Below are positions 17,508 through 26,479 of a stretch of 51,049 bases of DNA, one piece after another; the first letter of the stretch is position 1; every line of letters begins with the position of its first letter. The stretch is from the NCBI GenBank assembly GCA_002731195.1, contig PCAI01000015.1, positions 7,114 through 58,162 on the forward strand, written 5' to 3'. Origin of the DNA: Methanobacteriota archaeon. GTDB lineage: Archaea > Thermoplasmatota > Poseidoniia > Poseidoniales > Thalassarchaeaceae. A model generated the notes under the pieces. It saw nothing but the letters and a program-made list of their open reading frames with translations. It did not search any database and was not told where the DNA came from. Position numbers and translations under genes: made by a program.

Positions 17508-18761
17508 ATGAAAATATTTTCCACCTTGTTCACTGTTGTTGTTTTACTTTCCGGAGGATGTTTGGGTATTTTTGAAGAAGATTTTGATGATGATGATGAT
17601 GGTTTTTTGGACACTATAGATGCCTTTCCAAATGACCCTGATGAATGGCTTGATACTGATGGAGATGGTATTGGCAATAACGCCGATAAAGATGATGACA
17701 ATGATAGTTTTGAGGATTTTTTAGAATCTAGTTGTTTTTCTGACCCTTTGAATATTTCATCAATTCCATTAGATTTGGATAAGGATGGAGTTTGTAATTT
17801 TCTTGATGGAGATATTGATGGTGATGGTTTACCAAACGATTGGGAAATAAGCAGAAATTTAGATCCACTAGACGATAATGATACTTTATTCTGTCATGGA
17901 TATTCTGTATATTGTTTGAGAAGTTATGATAATTTCACCTTCGCCGAATCACATAATGCATATTCGGCTTTGGAAGATGGAGTATTCATGGGCATAAATC
18001 ATCGTACGGGCCTCCAAGCCCAGTGGGATGGAGGAATCAGGGCATTTATGGTCGATACACATCATGTTTCAAGTGAAAATACTGGACCTGAGGACGTCAG
18101 ATTCTGTCACGGCTCTCCTAATGCCTTCCCTCACCCTTGTTCATATTCTGAGATTGATGCCTTTGAATGGCTTTCTCTACTTAATTCATTAATGAATTCT
18201 AGTAAAGATGATTGCATTACTTTTTGTGGAGAAGTTGTTACATTATTAATAGAAAATTATGTTCCTGCGGAACATCTAGAGTATCTTTTTAATAAAACAG
18301 GTATGAATGATAGAATTTATGTCCATAATTTCGGAGATGATTGGCCAGATATTGGCGATTTAATTTTAAATGGACAAGATCTAGTAGTTTTCTGGGAACA
18401 AAGGGGAGATAACAAATATCCTTGGTTACATGATTTCGGAGAATTTGGGTGGACTACTAATTATGGGGAAACAAATTCAGATGAAATGCAATGCAATGTA
18501 TATAGGGGTAATGGTTCTCAACCAGTTTGGCATCTTAATAACTGGTTAACTAGTATTTTTGGTGTTGCAGATCCTATAAGGTCCAATGAAGTAAATGATT
18601 ATTACTTCTTGCTAAACAGAACTATAGAATGTTGGGAAAGAATGGATGACCGGCCAACATTTGTCGCAGTAGATTATTGGGAAAATGGAGAAATAACTAA
18701 TGTTACAATCACTTTAAACAAAATGGAACATTGGTCTTCTGACATCCCCTCTCATCCCTAA
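17508..18761 (+). CDS. Secreted lipoprotein with thrombospondin-type-3-like calcium-binding repeats and a PLC-like phosphodiesterase (PI-PLC X-like) domain
   Basis: MKIFSTLFTVVVLLSGGC signal/lipobox. Repeated DxDxDGxxDxxD motifs (DTDGDGIGNNADKDDDND, DLDKDGVCNFLDGDIDGDGLPND). Then ESHNAY...GIRAFMVDTHH, which resembles PI-PLC X-box catalytic regions. ATG at 17508; the ORF extends to 17472. Confidence 0.55.
   Translation: MKIFSTLFTVVVLLSGGCLGIFEEDFDDDDDGFLDTIDAFPNDPDEWLDTDGDGIGNNADKDDDNDSFEDFLESSCFSDPLNISSIPLDLDKDGVCNFLDGDIDGDGLPNDWEISRNLDPLDDNDTLFCHGYSVYCLRSYDNFTFAESHNAYSALEDGVFMGINHRTGLQAQWDGGIRAFMVDTHHVSSENTGPEDVRFCHGSPNAFPHPCSYSEIDAFEWLSLLNSLMNSSKDDCITFCGEVVTLLIENYVPAEHLEYLFNKTGMNDRIYVHNFGDDWPDIGDLILNGQDLVVFWEQRGDNKYPWLHDFGEFGWTTNYGETNSDEMQCNVYRGNGSQPVWHLNNWLTSIFGVADPIRSNEVNDYYFLLNRTIECWERMDDRPTFVAVDYWENGEITNVTITLNKMEHWSSDIPSHP
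17586..17600 (+). repeat. (GAT)5 in-frame trinucleotide run encoding DDDDD
   Basis: The sequence reads ttt gat gat gat gat gat ggt, in frame with the lipoprotein CDS. Confidence 0.95.
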
Positions 18762-18824
18762 TCACTAATCACGCATTGAAGAAATATCATAAAGCAGATT
18801 ATCTATTGTCTTGTCCGAGAGAAT

Positions 18825-19553
18825 ATGCAGAGGTGTGGTGCACAAGAGGTTTCTGAAGCCTTTTCAAATAATGAGGAGATAACCTTAATACTCGTTCTTA
18901 GGGGTTCAAAAGACCCAGAAGTATTACGTCTAATCAATCTGGCGAAAAACAACTTAATCCCAATTAAAGAAGGTTCTGACAGAGATATATGGAGGATGGC
19001 TAGGGACAATAAATTTGATAGAAAACCACAAATTCTCGCTTTAGTTGGTAGGAATCCATATGCATCAATAGATGAAATACTTGAGTCAGATGGAATAATA
19101 TGGTTATTGGCAGGAGCAAAATATCCAGTCAATATAGGATTTACTATAAGAACAGCTGAAGTAAGCGGCGCAAATGCTGTATTTATTGATAGTGAACTCA
19201 ATAATAGTGACCGTAAAGGAGCTAAACGCGCATCTATGAAAGCACACCGTTTCATCCCTTTACATTGGGTCAATGGAGATTCAATAGTTGACAGGGCTAA
19301 ATCTTCTGGATATAGGATAATTTCTATAGAAGACGTAGGTTCAAAAACTCCTTGGGAAGCAGATTTGACAGGAAAAATTATGTTAATAATAGGAGGGGAG
19401 AGAGAAGGTATTTCAAAATCCATACTTGACAAATCAGACGAAATATTAAGAATTCCAATGACGGGTTTTGTACCTTCATTTAATTTACAAGCACCAATGG
19501 CAATCGTGGCGGCTGAAGCACAAAGGCAAAGACTAATCCAGAATCAATTCTGA
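18825..19553 (+). CDS. SpoU/TrmH family RNA 2'-O-methyltransferase
   Basis: C-terminal SPOUT motifs: LIIGGEREGIS, IPM.GFVPSFNLQAPMAIV. Confidence 0.8.
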   Translation: MQRCGAQEVSEAFSNNEEITLILVLRGSKDPEVLRLINLAKNNLIPIKEGSDRDIWRMARDNKFDRKPQILALVGRNPYASIDEILESDGIIWLLAGAKYPVNIGFTIRTAEVSGANAVFIDSELNNSDRKGAKRASMKAHRFIPLHWVNGDSIVDRAKSSGYRIISIEDVGSKTPWEADLTGKIMLIIGGEREGISKSILDKSDEILRIPMTGFVPSFNLQAPMAIVAAEAQRQRLIQNQF

Positions 19554-19590
19554 CCCCTAATTTCATGACCCTTGACCCAATCCTAAGTAC

Positions 19591-21336
19591 ATGGAGGTGC
19601 CTGATGAACTTTTATCTATGCTCCAAGGTAATCAAGGGCCTACTAAACAAAAGGCAGCCCGACTCGTAATTGACTTAGCTTCATCTGCGAATTCTAAAAA
19701 ATTCATACGATGTGATAATTCACATGTTTCTGGAGTTAGTGTGATAACTGGTGGCCATGGTTTGAGGCGCTTCCTATCTGACTTAGCAGGAGATCCTTTA
19801 GGAAAAGTTACTATCCCGACGACTCTAAACTCTGCTGGTTGTGATTTAGAGAAGATCGAAGAAATGGATATAGATTATCCGGAATTTCTCAAGTACCAAT
19901 TCGAAATCGTTGAAGCATATTCTGAATTAGGAATAGATGCCACATTGTCATGTACTCCATATGACAAAGGAATCGACTCAGGCCATGGCATTGGTTCTTG
20001 GGCAGAGTCAAATGCCGTTTGTTTTTCCAATTCATATACATCTTTAATCACAAATCGAGAATCTGGATTATCTGCTCTCGCTACTTCTTTAACAGGATGG
20101 GCTCCTTACTGGGGGCTACATATTCCTGAAAATAGAATTCCTAACATACTAGTAAAGATTGATTGTGATATGTCCGATCCAACAGATTGGAGTGTACTTG
20201 GTGACTGGATAGGTAAACAAATTAGACCAGAGTGGAAACTCCCTTGGGGGCCCATGCCATATATTGTAGGTTTACCTACTAAAATTTCATTTGAGATGCG
20301 TAAGGCATTAACCGCTTCTGCTGCAAATTATGGCTGCCCAATGTTGTGGATTGATGGAGATTCCACACATTCTCCAAATGTAGATAAATATCAAGGAGAA
20401 ATAATATTTAGTGAAGATGATTTAGTCAATAGATACAGAGAACTTTCGCCAAAAGGACTTGTTGATTTAGTGGTTATAGGATGCCCTCAGGCGAGCATAG
20501 GTGAAGCAAGGGCCACGGCAGCAGCAGCACGCGCAAGGATGGAACTCGGTGAAAAAATTAAGAATAAGAGACTTTGGCTTTTTACTAGTGGACATAATTA
20601 TGACATTCTAGAAGCAGATGGAACTATTGATGTTCTAGAAACTGCAGGAGCATTGGTACTCAAGGACACTTGTCCCGAAGTAACTCCTTATAATAGGAAC
20701 AAATATAATCATATATTGACAAATTCTTTGAAAGCAGAACATTATTTGACAAGTGGCCTAAACCGTATGCCAACTAGCGTCTCTAAAATAATTGAGTGCG
20801 TGGCTCATGCATTTGATGATAGGCTAATAACAGGGCCTAGGCCCATTTTAGATTCTAGAAAGGCAAAGACTATGATTTCTAGGAAAACCAAACAAACCTC
20901 TGACATAAATATCGATGGAAAAGGCATTCCAAGCCAGTCAGAATGGAAAATAGTCGGCAAAGCTTTAGTGACCGATGTCCCTATAACATATCTTGGTTAT
21001 GTTAATAGAGACACAGGAGTGATAGAAGAACCAGGGCATCCTTTGGACGGATGTGAAATCAAAGATACAATTTTTATTTACCCAAAAGGCTCTGGTTCGA
21101 CAGTTGCGCCATTTATATTAATGGGCTTGATATACACTGGTCAAGGCCCTAAGGCAATAGTAAACACGGACGTATGTCCACTAACAATACCTGCCGTATC
21201 GTTGTTAAATGTGCCTTATGCACATGGTTTTGATATAGATCCAACTTTTGCTATCAACTCAGGCGATAAAGTAGAAATGTCGCTCAAAGACGGCATTGTT
21301 AATCTAAGAATAATAAATAGAAATAGCGAGGATTGA
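19591..21336 (+). CDS. Aconitase X family dehydratase, fused catalytic (DUF521) and swivel (DUF126) domains
   Basis: 581 aa. Cys contexts SCTPYD, IGCPQAS and KDTCPEV are typical of the AcnX catalytic domain. C-terminal G.ALV....I...G.VN...G.I........G......I.IYP.GSGST matches the DUF126 swivel domain. Confidence 0.65.
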   Translation: MEVPDELLSMLQGNQGPTKQKAARLVIDLASSANSKKFIRCDNSHVSGVSVITGGHGLRRFLSDLAGDPLGKVTIPTTLNSAGCDLEKIEEMDIDYPEFLKYQFEIVEAYSELGIDATLSCTPYDKGIDSGHGIGSWAESNAVCFSNSYTSLITNRESGLSALATSLTGWAPYWGLHIPENRIPNILVKIDCDMSDPTDWSVLGDWIGKQIRPEWKLPWGPMPYIVGLPTKISFEMRKALTASAANYGCPMLWIDGDSTHSPNVDKYQGEIIFSEDDLVNRYRELSPKGLVDLVVIGCPQASIGEARATAAAARARMELGEKIKNKRLWLFTSGHNYDILEADGTIDVLETAGALVLKDTCPEVTPYNRNKYNHILTNSLKAEHYLTSGLNRMPTSVSKIIECVAHAFDDRLITGPRPILDSRKAKTMISRKTKQTSDINIDGKGIPSQSEWKIVGKALVTDVPITYLGYVNRDTGVIEEPGHPLDGCEIKDTIFIYPKGSGSTVAPFILMGLIYTGQGPKAIVNTDVCPLTIPAVSLLNVPYAHGFDIDPTFAINSGDKVEMSLKDGIVNLRIINRNSED

Positions 21337-23489
21337 TGACTCTAATCCCTCACAGCCAGCACATGAGCCCGCGCCCTATACCTCTGCCTTGTCAAAATCA
21401 TGACTTAGGTAAATTCGAAATCTTGTCCAGAGATGGTGCTGCTAGAATAGGACGTTTACATACTAATCATGGAGTGCTAAATACTCCTATGCTTCTTCCT
21501 GTAGTAAATCCAAACATCAGGACAATAGAGCCTAGAGAGATGTGGGAGGAATATGGCATAGAGGGATTAATAACCAATTCATATATAATTTGGAAGCATC
21601 AAAAACTGAAAGAAGTAGCTTTATCTGATGGTGTGCATAATCTTTTGGACTTCCCAGGAATTATAGTTACCGACTCTGGTACTTTCCAATCTTATGTGTA
21701 TGGAGATGTCGAAGTCGGAGTTAGTGAAATTGTTGAATTCCAAAGAGATATCGGTGTCGATATAGGAACTATGCTGGATGTTTTTGGCCGTCCCGATATG
21801 TCGTTTTCTGAACTAGAGTCTGCAGTCGAAGAAACTGCTAATCGTGCTTCTGAATCACTAGAAGTAGCAGGTGATAATTTATTACTAAATGGACCCATAC
21901 AAGGAGGAATAAATGACGATCTACGTGCTAGATCTGGTTATTTAATGTCTTCAATTAGAGGTAAATATCACAATTTTACTGTCCATCCCATAGGAGGCAT
22001 AGTTCCTCTAATGGAAAAACAGATGTATAGAGAACTATTTCAAATATTATTAGCTTCAAAATCTACTATACCTCCAAACCGGCCAATTCATTTATTCGGA
22101 TGTGGACATCCTCTACTTTTTCCTTTATCAATAGCCTTAGGGGTCGATATCTTTGATAGTGCAGCGTATGTTCTTTTTGCCCGTGATGATAGATTTTTTA
22201 CCCCTACGGGAACAGTAAAGCTAAAGGAAATAAGGGAATGGCCAATAAGTTCACGTGCTTTATTTGGATTATCTCCCGAAGAAGTTAGGAAAATGGATAA
22301 AAATGAAAGAACCAGCATCTTATCTAGGCATAATCTTGAGATTACTCAGGCAGAACTAGCCAAATGCAGAGAAGCGATACGTACTGGTAAAATTTGGCAA
22401 TTAGCCGAAGAGAGAAGTCACTGTTCTCCTCAACTAAGGGGAGCATTTCTCTGGGTCTTAGATCAGCTTGCATTCCCTGATGAAGGCCCAATAGGAGAGA
22501 GTATTATGAATATTATAGCATCTACTAATCCGGTCAGGAAGGGTGGCGAAAGAATGAGCCATGATATTGAATTACGTCCACACATATTACACTTACAGGC
22601 ACTTATTGCCACTAGATGGAAAATTCCAGGATCATGGTGGGATGGTTCAAAATCTACTATAAAGAATCTTATCATAATTGAAAAAACTCCTCCTCCTTGG
22701 AGGACATGTTCACTAAATGCCATAATTTCACATCTCATTGAAACTCCAAATAGTATCCCATTAATTCTTACTCCACTAGGGATTATTCCTTATTCACTTG
22801 AAGACTTATCTCCTTGGTGCCACTTGGATGGTTCTAATGATATGTGGGACATAGATTATGATGATGAAGAGATTATGGAATTTCTTTCAGACTTGAATCT
22901 TGAAAAAATACCTTTTATCAGAATTAAGCCAGAATTAAAAATACTTAAAATGTCCAAAATTGAGGAAAATGTTAGAGATTGGATGGATCGATGTTCTATT
23001 GTAGATAAATTATCAGTTCTATGTTCTATTAACCCCAATGATGGCTGTAAACTAACTACATCAATGTCTAATCGTAAATCAACAACTGATAGGATGGTCA
23101 ATGTTTATTCTGATGGTACACATATTTTATCTCCAAGATTAAATGATGGAGGTATTTCATTTACTTTAGAAGGTGTAAAAAGATTATGCGACAATAGATA
23201 TCCTATATCATTCGACACTATTGATAGTGATTCTGAATTTTCTGGTTTACCAAAGGTTTGTATCAATGATGATGCAATACCATTCGTGGGAAAAGGCAGG
23301 AATGTAATGCATGGTTATATTCTGGGCGCAGATAAACATTTGATACCAGGACAGCCTTGTTTAATTGTTAGTTCTAGTGGTGACTTAATTGCACATGGTA
23401 CGCCAATAGCAACATCAAAAGAAATGGAACTATTCCAAAAAGGAATTGCAATTAAAGTTAGAGAAGGAGTCTTAAAAGATTCTTCTTAG
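21336..23489 (+). CDS. tgtA: Archaeosine tRNA-guanine transglycosylase (ArcTGT) with C-terminal PUA domain; zinc-site cysteines absent
   Basis: FEILSRDGAARIGRLHT, VTDSGTFQ (catalytic Asp), HLFGCGHP, DIFDSAAY, and a C-terminal PUA-like region (LIPGQPCLIV...G.A). The ATG at 21336 overlaps the preceding stop (TGATG). Confidence 0.85.
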   Translation: MTLIPHSQHMSPRPIPLPCQNHDLGKFEILSRDGAARIGRLHTNHGVLNTPMLLPVVNPNIRTIEPREMWEEYGIEGLITNSYIIWKHQKLKEVALSDGVHNLLDFPGIIVTDSGTFQSYVYGDVEVGVSEIVEFQRDIGVDIGTMLDVFGRPDMSFSELESAVEETANRASESLEVAGDNLLLNGPIQGGINDDLRARSGYLMSSIRGKYHNFTVHPIGGIVPLMEKQMYRELFQILLASKSTIPPNRPIHLFGCGHPLLFPLSIALGVDIFDSAAYVLFARDDRFFTPTGTVKLKEIREWPISSRALFGLSPEEVRKMDKNERTSILSRHNLEITQAELAKCREAIRTGKIWQLAEERSHCSPQLRGAFLWVLDQLAFPDEGPIGESIMNIIASTNPVRKGGERMSHDIELRPHILHLQALIATRWKIPGSWWDGSKSTIKNLIIIEKTPPPWRTCSLNAIISHLIETPNSIPLILTPLGIIPYSLEDLSPWCHLDGSNDMWDIDYDDEEIMEFLSDLNLEKIPFIRIKPELKILKMSKIEENVRDWMDRCSIVDKLSVLCSINPNDGCKLTTSMSNRKSTTDRMVNVYSDGTHILSPRLNDGGISFTLEGVKRLCDNRYPISFDTIDSDSEFSGLPKVCINDDAIPFVGKGRNVMHGYILGADKHLIPGQPCLIVSSSGDLIAHGTPIATSKEMELFQKGIAIKVREGVLKDSS

Positions 23490-23524
23490 TAATAAACATT
23501 GGAGATTAAAGAGGGGTTACTACG

Positions 23525-24514
23525 GTGCAGAAAAATGAAGCCAATGATTGGGTAATAGAGACCAACAATCTTTGCAAAATGTATGGTCCCCATTTAGCAT
23601 TAGATAGCATCAATCTAAAGATTCAGCGTGGAGCAGTAGGAGTTCTTGGACCAAATGGTGCTGGTAAATCAACACTATTCAAGTGTATATTGGGCCTTAT
23701 CAAAACAACTTCTGGCACCGGTAAAGTTTTGGGGCATGATGTTAAAACAGAGGGTGAGTTGATACGCTCTAAAATAGGATATATGCCAGAATATGATGCT
23801 TTAGATCCTGGTTTATCGGCTATTGATCAAGTCAGATATTCCGGTGAGATACTGGGGATGAATACAGATATCGCCACACAAAGGGCTCATGAAGTGCTAG
23901 AATATGTCGGCCTTAAAGATCAGAGATATAGAAAAATAGAGACTTTTAGTACTGGAATGAAGCAGGCAACAAAATTGGCATGTGCAATAATTCACGATCC
24001 TTTGATATTAATTTGCGATGAGCCAACTAATGGTTTAGATAAACGGGCCCGAAAATTCATGCTAGACACTCTAAGGAGAACTGCTATTGAGGGGAAGCGA
24101 ACAGTCTTGATGAGCAGTCATGTCATGGAAGATGTTCAAGAAGTGTGCGAAAGCATATTGATGATTTACAAAGGTAAAGTAGTGCTACAAAAAAGTTTGG
24201 ACGAATTAGTTGATCAAGTAGATAGAGAAATAGAAATAACAATTTGGGGAGGCGCTTCTAAATTACATGAAGAATTAGAAAATAGAGGTTTTTCTGTACG
24301 TCGTTTAGGCAGGATATTAAGAGTTACATTAATCGATGAAAATACAATAACAGAGATTATTAAAACGGCTGCAGATTGTAAAGTACAAGTACGGCAATTG
24401 AAAGAATATACTCCGGACTTAGAAGATATTTTCCTTCTCATAATGGATAAGTTAGGTGCTGAAATAAAAGGAACTTCAGACTTAATGACATCTGAGCATG
24501 TTGGAGGGATTTGA
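23525..24514 (+). CDS. ABC transporter ATP-binding protein (ABC-2 type), first of two
   Basis: Walker A GPNGAGKST, signature FSTGMKQ, Walker B ILICDEPTNGLD. GTG start, needed to retain the conserved N-terminal strand. Confidence 0.9.
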   Translation: MQKNEANDWVIETNNLCKMYGPHLALDSINLKIQRGAVGVLGPNGAGKSTLFKCILGLIKTTSGTGKVLGHDVKTEGELIRSKIGYMPEYDALDPGLSAIDQVRYSGEILGMNTDIATQRAHEVLEYVGLKDQRYRKIETFSTGMKQATKLACAIIHDPLILICDEPTNGLDKRARKFMLDTLRRTAIEGKRTVLMSSHVMEDVQEVCESILMIYKGKVVLQKSLDELVDQVDREIEITIWGGASKLHEELENRGFSVRRLGRILRVTLIDENTITEIIKTAADCKVQVRQLKEYTPDLEDIFLLIMDKLGAEIKGTSDLMTSEHVGGI

Positions 24515-25529
24515 TATTTCTGATTCGGATATAGACATTGCAGGTAAGCAGACAAGGATGGAAGTCGCTTATGGTTCTGGAGATGGAGATGAGGAGTTGA
24601 CCGCGGTAGTTGCAAAAAGAGAAGCGGAATTGGGTACAATTTTTGACCAGTCATACAAACAGTGGGAAGGTATTTTGGGTCCAAGGTGGATGAGAAATTA
24701 CTCAATATATAGACATCATGTTTATGGTATCTTTACAAGTAAAGGACATAGGTACTACCATCCATTTGTAAGGCTTACAATATTAGTCATATTTCTGGCT
24801 TCTTTAGCCCCAATACCTCTATTATTCTTCTCTTCTCTTTTGCCCGGCCAAGATGGTGATTTTCTATCTAAGATGTGGGGTATAAATCGTTACAATTTAT
24901 GGGGGCAAGTTCTGGGATATTTCCCTAGAAATCTTTGCATGTGGCCTTTATTAACTGCATTAGTTGTCGGAGGCATGATTTCAGATGATAGGAAAAATGG
25001 CACTAGTGCTTTATACTTCTCTAGGCCAATTAATCGTTTTGATTATACTATTATGAAATATCTAAGTGTATTTGCAATTTTAGGTTTCGTCATTGTATTT
25101 TCTTACTTCGCTTATTATACCAGTGCAATAGTTTTCAGAGGTGAAAGTTGGGCCTACTTAGTCGATACCTTGCCCATATTCCTCAGTGGAATTATCGCTG
25201 GAATTATTTTAGTGATGACTTATACTTCACTGGGCTTGGCGCTTTCCAGCATAAGTCAAAGTAGATTCTTTGCTGCAATTGGTTTTCTGAGTATAATTTA
25301 TGGTACTAAAATCATCGCACTCCTCATAGAAATGCAATTTGATACAACAATAATGTATATTTTAAGTCCTTATGATTGCCTAGCTCATTTTGGCCAGTTT
25401 TTATTGGGATTGGATTTGAATTACGAACATCCTCTTGGCTTCTCTGTAATTTCCTTAATTTTTATGAATGTTATTTCTGTAGGGATATTGGTGTCAAGGG
25501 TTAGTTCTATGGAGGTTACCAGAGAATGA
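24498..25529 (+). CDS. ABC-2 family permease (NosY/GldF-like), first of two
   Basis: Multi-TM protein with the family signature ISDDRKNGTSALYFSRPINR. Overlaps the upstream ATPase gene by 17 nt. Confidence 0.75.
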   Translation: MLEGFDISDSDIDIAGKQTRMEVAYGSGDGDEELTAVVAKREAELGTIFDQSYKQWEGILGPRWMRNYSIYRHHVYGIFTSKGHRYYHPFVRLTILVIFLASLAPIPLLFFSSLLPGQDGDFLSKMWGINRYNLWGQVLGYFPRNLCMWPLLTALVVGGMISDDRKNGTSALYFSRPINRFDYTIMKYLSVFAILGFVIVFSYFAYYTSAIVFRGESWAYLVDTLPIFLSGIIAGIILVMTYTSLGLALSSISQSRFFAAIGFLSIIYGTKIIALLIEMQFDTTIMYILSPYDCLAHFGQFLLGLDLNYEHPLGFSVISLIFMNVISVGILVSRVSSMEVTRE

Positions 25530-26479
25530 ATGAAATAAGCAATAAATCTCCATCAGTTATGTTAGATCATGTTTCTAAGTGGTACGGAGAAGTTATTGGG
25601 TTAAATGACATTTCTCTCGCCATAGAAGGTGGAGTTACTGGAATTCTTGGTCCAAATGGTGCAGGTAAATCTACACTTTTCAAAATACTTATGGGCCGTT
25701 TGAAACCAAGTCAAGGCGCTGTTCGCTTATTTGGTATAGATCCATGGAAAAGCACCACTCCATATCGCAGGATTGGTTATGTCAGTGAATCAGAGAGAAT
25801 GTATGACTGGATGACATCTCTTGATTTTATTTCCACCTTGGCTAGGTTACATGGTATGTCTAGAGAAGAGGCAGTAGAACGCTCCAAACATGTATTAAAT
25901 TTTGTAGGTTTAGGAGATGTTTATTACAAAGAGATAGGAAAGTATAGTAAAGGTATGAGGCAACGTGTTAAAATCGCTCATGCATTAGTACATAATCCTG
26001 ATTTAATAATTCTAGATGAGCCTTTGCATGGTTGTGATCCAATCGCAAGAACAAGTATAATGAATGTAATTAGAGAATTAGGTTTACAGGGCAAAACAGT
26101 TTTAGTTTCTAGCCATATTTTAGAAGAAATTGAACGAATTACTGAGCAGATTGTAATACTCAATAATGGCAAATTATTAGCTATTGGCAATTTACATGCA
26201 ATAAGAGATTTACTTGATCAACACCCGCATCGAATTTTAATAAATTGTGAAAACCCTAGAGATTTAGCTGGTTTGTTTATCGCTTCAGAACCAGTTTATG
26301 GAGTTAGATTTCCCGACAAAGGTCAATTGGAGATTCATACAAACAATTTATCAGCGGCTCATGACGTCCTTCCTTCTTTGATTGTTAAATCAAACCAAAA
26401 AATAACTTCTATAGAGAATCCAGATGATAATCTGGATTCTTTGATTGGTTACCTAATTGGGGGAATAAATCATGGATAA
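25526..26479 (+). CDS. ABC transporter ATP-binding protein (ABC-2 type), second of two
   Basis: Walker A GPNGAGKST, signature YSKGMRQR, Walker B LIILDEPLHGCD. ATGA overlap with permease 1. Confidence 0.9.
   Translation: MNEISNKSPSVMLDHVSKWYGEVIGLNDISLAIEGGVTGILGPNGAGKSTLFKILMGRLKPSQGAVRLFGIDPWKSTTPYRRIGYVSESERMYDWMTSLDFISTLARLHGMSREEAVERSKHVLNFVGLGDVYYKEIGKYSKGMRQRVKIAHALVHNPDLIILDEPLHGCDPIARTSIMNVIRELGLQGKTVLVSSHILEEIERITEQIVILNNGKLLAIGNLHAIRDLLDQHPHRILINCENPRDLAGLFIASEPVYGVRFPDKGQLEIHTNNLSAAHDVLPSLIVKSNQKITSIENPDDNLDSLIGYLIGGINHG

Noticed and set aside
17586-17600. (GAT)5 and (TGG)5 (28230-28244) considered as contingency-locus microsatellites
   Set aside because: Both are in-frame trinucleotide repeats, so length changes would not switch the genes off. 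They are reported as coding repeats only.
18803-19432. 209-aa ORF antisense to the SpoU methyltransferase gene
   Set aside because: Low-complexity Ser/Ile/Leu-rich translation with no motifs. It lies entirely inside a CDS that has clear SPOUT motifs on the other strand, so it is a typical shadow ORF.
23525-26479. Two ABC ATPase genes considered as an assembly duplication artefact
   Set aside because: The two proteins share only family motifs and differ throughout in sequence and length (329 versus 317 aa). They are genuine paralogues.
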